The notes under the pieces were generated by a model. The model was not told where the DNA came from. It saw only the letters and a list, made by a program, of their open reading frames with translations, and made no database searches. A stretch of 63,954 nt of DNA, filler included, from an uncultured bacterium (GTDB taxonomy: Bacteria > CAZSTA01): the NCBI GenBank assembly GCA_964609495.1. It is 3 parts of 3 records of this genome, joined end to end, with 100 filler letters (N's around TTAATTAATTAA, not from the genome) between each part and the next. Parts side by side here need not be neighbours in the genome. Positions count along the whole stretch, not along the records: positions 50,489 to 63,954 come from CAZSTA010000094.1; 2 more parts are not named here. One strand, 5' to 3'. The stretch's first letter is position 1. Every line of letters begins with the position of its first letter. Made by a program: the position numbers and the translations under genes. Below are positions 58,854 to 63,954 of the stretch, one piece after another.

Positions 58854-58887
58854 TTAATGCGCCACTTGAGATTTATTATATTACGGA

Positions 58888-58965
58888 TTATTATATCACA
58901 GATTAAAAGAATTTTCAAGCTACCTTTAAAAATTAAAATCTGCTGATCTTGAAAAATAGCCAGAA
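58888..58965 (-). promoter_or_regulatory. Duplicated promoter segment, copy 2
   Basis: TTGAAA-17-TATAAT; direct repeat of 56244-56329. Confidence 0.8.
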
Positions 58966-59009
58966 TTGATATTTTTAAGGGTCTCATAACGGTCAAAATC
59001 GGATTTGTG

Positions 59010-60158
59010 TTAATAGTTGAAATCGCTTGGTCTCCTTTCTATCAGGTTGAAATGATATAGGATCCCTTGCACCAAGCGATAGGATGCCTTTCCATCTCCA
59101 TAGGGATTCGATTTGTTAGTCATCCTCTCGTAGGCTTCCCTATCCTCGATCAACCTGCTCGCTTCCCTAAATATCCGCTCTCTATCCGCACCGATAACCT
59201 TTAGCACTCCCGTGGCGACCCCCTCTGGCCTCTCAGTAACCTCCCTCAATACTAGGACTGGCTTGCCTAGAGAAGGGGCTTCCTCTTGGATACCTCCCGA
59301 GTCGGTTAAGATCATATAGGAGGAACTCATTAGCTTCACCCAAGCTTGATATTCAACAGGTTCAGTCAGATAAACCCCTGGGAGATCTCCTAATATCCCT
59401 CGGACCGTCCTCTGAACTATAGGATTTTTATGAACTGAATAAACTATCTTGATTTGGGGATAAGTGCTATTAATATCCCGTAAAGCCCAGCAGATGTTCT
59501 CTATACCCTTTCCCCAATTCTCCCGGCGATGGGCTTCTACAAGAATAAACCGGGAATTACCTAAATCCTTGAGGATAGGATCTTTGAATTCATATTCTCT
59601 ATTCGCTATATCGAGCAAGGCATCGATCACCGTATTGCCAGTCAAGTATATATTCTCCTCCGCTACCCCTTGAGTGAGAAGATTTGCCTTAGTTACTTCG
59701 GTAGGAGAGAAGTAGAGATCAGCTATAACATCGACTAGACGGCGATTCATCTCCTCGGGGAAGGGAAGATATTTATCAGAAGTCCTCAATCCCGCCTCTA
59801 CATGACCCACGGGAATCTTGTTATAGAAGGCGACTAAGCTGGCAATAAAGGCGGTGCTGGTATCCCCATGAACTAGCACTAGATCGGGTTTTTCCGATGC
59901 CAATATCTCATTTAATCTCTCTAAAATGCGGGCGGAGAGGCTGGAGAGCGTCTGTTCCCTCTCCATTATATCTAGATCGTAATCGGGGATTATATCAAAT
60001 AGATGTAAGGGTTGATCCAGCATCTGACGGTGCTGAGCGGTAACTGTAACTAGCGTCTCTATTAACTCGGGATATTTCCGAAGTTCCTTGATCAGGGGAG
60101 CCATCTTCACCGCATCGGGTCTAGTTCCAAAGATAGCCATAACCTTTATCCTAGGCAT
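59010..60158 (-). CDS. wecB: UDP-N-acetylglucosamine 2-epimerase (non-hydrolysing)
   Basis: [49 protein letters not shown]. Confidence 0.96.
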   Translation of the reverse strand: MPRIKVMAIFGTRPDAVKMAPLIKELRKYPELIETLVTVTAQHRQMLDQPLHLFDIIPDYDLDIMEREQTLSSLSARILERLNEILASEKPDLVLVHGDTSTAFIASLVAFYNKIPVGHVEAGLRTSDKYLPFPEEMNRRLVDVIADLYFSPTEVTKANLLTQGVAEENIYLTGNTVIDALLDIANREYEFKDPILKDLGNSRFILVEAHRRENWGKGIENICWALRDINSTYPQIKIVYSVHKNPIVQRTVRGILGDLPGVYLTEPVEYQAWVKLMSSSYMILTDSGGIQEEAPSLGKPVLVLREVTERPEGVATGVLKVIGADRERIFREASRLIEDREAYERMTNKSNPYGDGKASYRLVQGILYHFNLIERRPSDFNY

Positions 60159-60586
60159 AATATATCCACCCCCGCTTCTTCCAGGATATTAAGGGCTAAT
60201 TCATCTGGATAACCTCCCGAGAAGACTATCCGCACTATCCCTGAATTGATGATCATTTTAGCACAGGTCATGCAGGGCTGATGAGTGCAGTAGAGCGTCG
60301 CCCCTCGAATGCTCACCCCATGTAGAGCGGCCTGGATGATCGCGTTTTGCTCGGCATGTAATCCTCGACATAGCTCCTGTCTCTCTCCCGAGGGGATAGC
60401 TAGCTTATCCCTCAAACAGCCAACTTCAGCACAATGGGCTAACCCGCTAGGGGCTCCATTGTAGCCAGTGGTCAAGATCCGCTTATCCTTGACTATTATC
60501 GCTCCAACCCGGCGACGAAGACAGGTCGATCTCTCAGATACCACCTTTGTGATTTTTAAGAAGTATTCATCCCAAGAAGGTCTCAT
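60146..60586 (-). CDS. dCMP deaminase/ComEB family protein
   Basis: [30 protein letters not shown]. Confidence 0.93.
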   Translation of the reverse strand: MRPSWDEYFLKITKVVSERSTCLRRRVGAIIVKDKRILTTGYNGAPSGLAHCAEVGCLRDKLAIPSGERQELCRGLHAEQNAIIQAALHGVSIRGATLYCTHQPCMTCAKMIINSGIVRIVFSGGYPDELALNILEEAGVDILCLG

Positions 60587-60657
60587 TTCTCCAATACCAA
60601 AAGAGGAGCGGACCTACAGGAGATCAATCCCGCCCCTCTAAGCAATATTATCCTTGT

Positions 60658-61287
60658 CTATTTAGTTCCGAATATCCTATCCCCGGCATCTCCTAGACCA
60701 GGGACGATATATCCATGATCGTTTAACTTTTCATCTATCGCCGCAGTATATATATCAATATCGGGATGGGCCTCCTTCATCTTCTCGATTCCTTCAGGTG
60801 CGGCGATCAAGCACACGAGCTTTATATCCTTCGCCCCATTATTCTTCAATATTTGAGCGGCAAGAACTGCCGATCCTCCCGTAGCTAACATGGGATCTAC
60901 GATGATCAAAGTCCTAAGGTTTAAATCATCGGGAAGTTTACAGTAATACTCGATCGGCTCTAGGCTCTCAGGGTCTCGATAAATACCTATATGTCCGACC
61001 TTAGCCATCGGTATCAACTTGACGATTCCAGTAGCCATCTCTAAGCCGGCACGTAGGATCGGGATAATCCCTAATTTCTTTCCAGAGATCATCCGTCCCT
61101 CGGTTTTACAGATAGGTGTCTTTATGTCTATCTCCTCTAAAGGAAGTCCCCTTGTCACCTCATAAGCCATTAATAGAGATAATTCCTCAACTAACTCTCT
61201 AAATTCCTTTGTCCCCGTTCTCTCATCGCGAATAAGGGTTAATTTATGCTGAACAAGGGGATGATCGATCAGTATGACCCTTGCCAT
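60658..61287 (-). CDS. upp: Uracil phosphoribosyltransferase
   Basis: [36 protein letters not shown]. Confidence 0.97.
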   Translation of the reverse strand: MARVILIDHPLVQHKLTLIRDERTGTKEFRELVEELSLLMAYEVTRGLPLEEIDIKTPICKTEGRMISGKKLGIIPILRAGLEMATGIVKLIPMAKVGHIGIYRDPESLEPIEYYCKLPDDLNLRTLIIVDPMLATGGSAVLAAQILKNNGAKDIKLVCLIAAPEGIEKMKEAHPDIDIYTAAIDEKLNDHGYIVPGLGDAGDRIFGTK

Positions 61288-62534
61288 TGGAAACCTCCTT
61301 CTAAATCCTTATATAAAGGGAAAGCCTCACAAAGTTCCTTCACTTCTTCTCTGATCTTCTGTTTTTCCTCTCGGTTTCGCAGAGTGCGATCGATCAAGCG
61401 AGCGATCTTCACCATCTCATCCTCCTTCATCCCTCGGGTGGTGAGGGCAGGAGTGCCAAGACGAATACCACTCGTTTGGGAAGAACTTCTTTTATCATAA
61501 GGGATAACGTTCTTATTAGTGGTTATATTTACTTCCTCCAGGATGGTCTGAGCTTCTTTGCCACTTATCCCCAGCTCCGTCAGATCCATTAACATAAGAT
61601 GATTATCAGTTCCTCCAGAGACTAAGGTGTTTCCTAGCCTCGATAATTCTTGAGCTAGAGCTTTAGCATTGTCGATTATCTGCTTCTGATAGAGGGCAAA
61701 TTCTGGTTTCATCGCTTCTTTGAGAGCGACAGCCTTAGCTGCGATGACATGCATCAAGGGTCCACCCTGAACGCCAGGGAAGACGGTTTTATCGATGTCT
61801 TTAGCAAATTCCTTCTGGCAAAGGATCATTCCCCCTCGAGGCCCCCGCAGGGTTTTATGAGTGGTGGTAGTGACGAAATGGGAAGCCTCCACGGGACTGG
61901 GATGATATCCCGCCGCAATTAAGCCGGCGATATGAGCCATATCAGTCACCAAGTAAGCACCAATTTCATCCGCGATCTCCCGAAAGGCTGCGAATTCTAT
62001 CGTCCGGGGATAGGCGCTAGCTCCAGCGATAATAAGCTTAGGTTTATATTCTCTAGCCAATCTTCTAACCTCAGCGAAGTCGATCAAATGAGTCTTCCTA
62101 TCAACTCCATAGGAGACGATCTTAAAGAAGCGCCCGGAGAAGTTACTGGACATTCCATGAGTTAAATGTCCGCCACATTTCAGACTCATACCCATTAACA
62201 CATCTCCAACTTGAAGCACTAGGAAGTACACAGCCATATTAGCTTGGGCTCCTGAGTGGGGTTGAACATTAGCATGGTCGGCTTTGAAGAGAGCCTTAGC
62301 TCGATTTATAGCTAAGCTTTCCACAGCATCCATATTCTCACATCCCCCATACCATCTCCGCCCTGGATATCCCTCAGCGTATTTATTGGTCATTATCGAG
62401 CCTTGAGTTTGGAGCACTGCATAACTTACGAAGTTCTCAGAGGCGATCAGCTCCAATTGGTTCTGCTCTCTATTAAGCTCATTCCTCAGAGCCTCGGCTA
62501 CCTCTGGATCGACACTACGTAAATTTTCGTTCAT
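61269..62534 (-). CDS. glyA: Serine hydroxymethyltransferase
   Basis: [44 protein letters not shown]. Confidence 0.98.
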   Translation of the reverse strand: MNENLRSVDPEVAEALRNELNREQNQLELIASENFVSYAVLQTQGSIMTNKYAEGYPGRRWYGGCENMDAVESLAINRAKALFKADHANVQPHSGAQANMAVYFLVLQVGDVLMGMSLKCGGHLTHGMSSNFSGRFFKIVSYGVDRKTHLIDFAEVRRLAREYKPKLIIAGASAYPRTIEFAAFREIADEIGAYLVTDMAHIAGLIAAGYHPSPVEASHFVTTTTHKTLRGPRGGMILCQKEFAKDIDKTVFPGVQGGPLMHVIAAKAVALKEAMKPEFALYQKQIIDNAKALAQELSRLGNTLVSGGTDNHLMLMDLTELGISGKEAQTILEEVNITTNKNVIPYDKRSSSQTSGIRLGTPALTTRGMKEDEMVKIARLIDRTLRNREEKQKIREEVKELCEAFPLYKDLEGGFQWQGSY

Positions 62535-63001
62535 TGTTTCTCCTCCATCCCTATAGTTTTCTCGATAGCAGATATCTTTCCCAACCTTCTAGTGTGTCTT
62601 CCCCCTGTAAATTCTGTATTCAGCCATATATCCAATATCTGGGGGATTAAAGTTCTATCTACTGTCTCTCCTCCCATAGTCAAGATATTGGAGTTGAGAT
62701 GTTCTCTCGCTTGTTTAGTGGATTCTAGATCGTGGCACAACGTCGCTCTAACCCCTTGAAATTTATTGGCAACTAAGGTCATTCCTAAACCAGTTCCACA
62801 GATCAATATTCCCCGCTCGATATGTCCATTACTAACCTCTCTCGCTACCTTTGCTCCTATATCCGGATAATCAATCGGATCATCACTAGAGGTGCCGAAA
62901 TCCTCGTATTCAATCCCCCTTTCTTTCAAATATCTCTTAATTTCCTCCTTTACATGAAATCCTCGGTGATCGCTTCCAATAGCAAGTTTCAAATACACCA
63001 C
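62531..63001 (-). CDS. rpiB: Ribose-5-phosphate isomerase B
   Basis: [20 protein letters not shown]…ANK, F.GGRH.RR; start may be TTG at 62992. Confidence 0.95.
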   Translation of the reverse strand: MVYLKLAIGSDHRGFHVKEEIKRYLKERGIEYEDFGTSSDDPIDYPDIGAKVAREVSNGHIERGILICGTGLGMTLVANKFQGVRATLCHDLESTKQAREHLNSNILTMGGETVDRTLIPQILDIWLNTEFTGGRHTRRLGKISAIEKTIGMEEKQ

Positions 63002-63025
63002 CTCTTTTTAGGAAGATTAATCGTC

Positions 63026-63079
63026 AAAAAAACACGAAATTGATCTTAGAGAGGATAAATAGATGAATTTCGTGCTTTT
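63026..63079 (-). terminator. Probable intrinsic terminator between the MoxR gene and rpiB
   Basis: CACGAAATT.ATCT…AGAT.AATTTCGTG followed by T7 on the minus strand. Confidence 0.6.
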
Positions 63080-63235
63080 GCTGGAAAATCTTTTGTTCAC
63101 TTGCTCAGCTTCTGTGGTCAAGGCTAAATAATCCATTCCTCTTCTTTATCCAATAAGGAGAATATGATCTATGAGAGAGCTTAGCTTCATACTAGAACTA
63201 ACTATATTTAGCTTAAACCAAGTGATTAAGGGGCG

Positions 63236-63954
63236 CTACACCTCTTCAGCTAATGGCACTTCCACCTTATTGAGTATATTTTGCACTATCTTTTCGCTGG
63301 TGTATCCCTTCAGTTGGCTCTCTGGTTTCACTATTAACCTGTGGGATAGGGTGAAGGCAGCGAGTCTTTTAGCATCATCAGGGATTGCATAATCCCTACC
63401 TGAGATAGCTGCTAGAGCTTGAGAGGTTTTAAACAGGGCTAGAGATCCCCTAGGGCTTGCTCCCAATAACAGATCGGGATGGTTACGAGTCGCTCTAACT
63501 ATCCGGACGATATATTCCCTCACCGAATCCTCGATATGTATTTCCTTAACCGATGTTTGTAGCTCTATAATCTCCTTAGCCCCTATCACCGCTTCTAACT
63601 CCTCGATAGGATGGCGCCTCTGCTGAGAGATAAGGATATCATTCTCATCTTCCTCCGAAGGGTAACCTAGATAGATCTTCATCAAGAAACGATCCAACTG
63701 AGCTTCTGGAAGAGGGAAAGTTCCCTCATACTCGATCGGATTCTGGGTAGCTATAGTTATAAATGGTTTGGGCATCTGCCTGGTCACCCCGTCAACCGTG
63801 ATCTGACGCTCTCCCATACACTCTAGCAGGCTCGATTGTGTCCTAGGGGTAGCTCTATTTATCTCATCAGCCAGAACGATCTGAGATATCACTGGTCCCG
63901 GACGGAACTCGAACTCGTTTATCTTTTGATTGAAAACGGATACCCCGATTACAT
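63236..63954 (-). CDS. MoxR family AAA+ ATPase (5' part outside the window)
   Basis: F..GPV, LADEINRA.PRTQS.LLE.M.E.Q.TVDG, ATQNPIE.EGTFPLPEAQLDRF, GASPR. Confidence 0.95.
   Translation of the reverse strand, partial: VIGVSVFNQKINEFEFRPGPVISQIVLADEINRATPRTQSSLLECMGERQITVDGVTRQMPKPFITIATQNPIEYEGTFPLPEAQLDRFLMKIYLGYPSEEDENDILISQQRRHPIEELEAVIGAKEIIELQTSVKEIHIEDSVREYIVRIVRATRNHPDLLLGASPRGSLALFKTSQALAAISGRDYAIPDDAKRLAAFTLSHRLIVKPESQLKGYTSEKIVQNILNKVEVPLAEEV

Noticed and set aside
63002-63235. Riboswitch (e.g. ZTP or glycine) upstream of rpiB-glyA
   Set aside because: Only a terminator-like hairpin is visible; no aptamer consensus recognised.
63236-63954. MoxR as the chaperone partner of the vWA cluster
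   Set aside because: It is on a different contig, so linkage cannot be inferred from this window.

Overview
The window is three bacterial contigs joined by artificial 100-bp N44-TTAATTAATTAA-N44 spacers (25172-25271, 50389-50488), so adjacency across these joins means nothing. It looks like a draft or metagenome-assembled genome of moderate GC, with Firmicutes/Terrabacteria-like gene order (rpsU-yqeY-nfeD-floA-phoH; rpiB-glyA-upp-wecB). Contig 1 has a catalytically intact IscB with its omegaRNA, inserted exactly between the promoter and the ATG of a divergent rlmN. A second copy of that promoter, including the pre-insertion junction and an ATGA TAM, lies 5.4 kb away in front of a polysaccharide flippase/methyltransferase operon, so the IscB guide has a near-cognate chromosomal target. 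Contig 2 has an ~18.5 kb co-directional cluster downstream of yraN-comM: 3 Ser/Thr kinases, a pseudokinase-PP2C fusion, 3 FHA proteins, 3 vWA proteins, a prenyltransferase-repeat protein, a CPBP protease and an L,D-transpeptidase. Nine of these proteins carry the same zinc-ribbon module. Contig 3 has a partly duplicated and permuted sugar ABC/UroD-family operon interleaved with a DNA methyltransferase-Mrr fusion, whose paralogue on contig 1 has a different central specificity region. Several families of small palindromic repeats are dispersed through the window, some in frame within proteins. All calls come from reading motifs by eye; no database searches were run.
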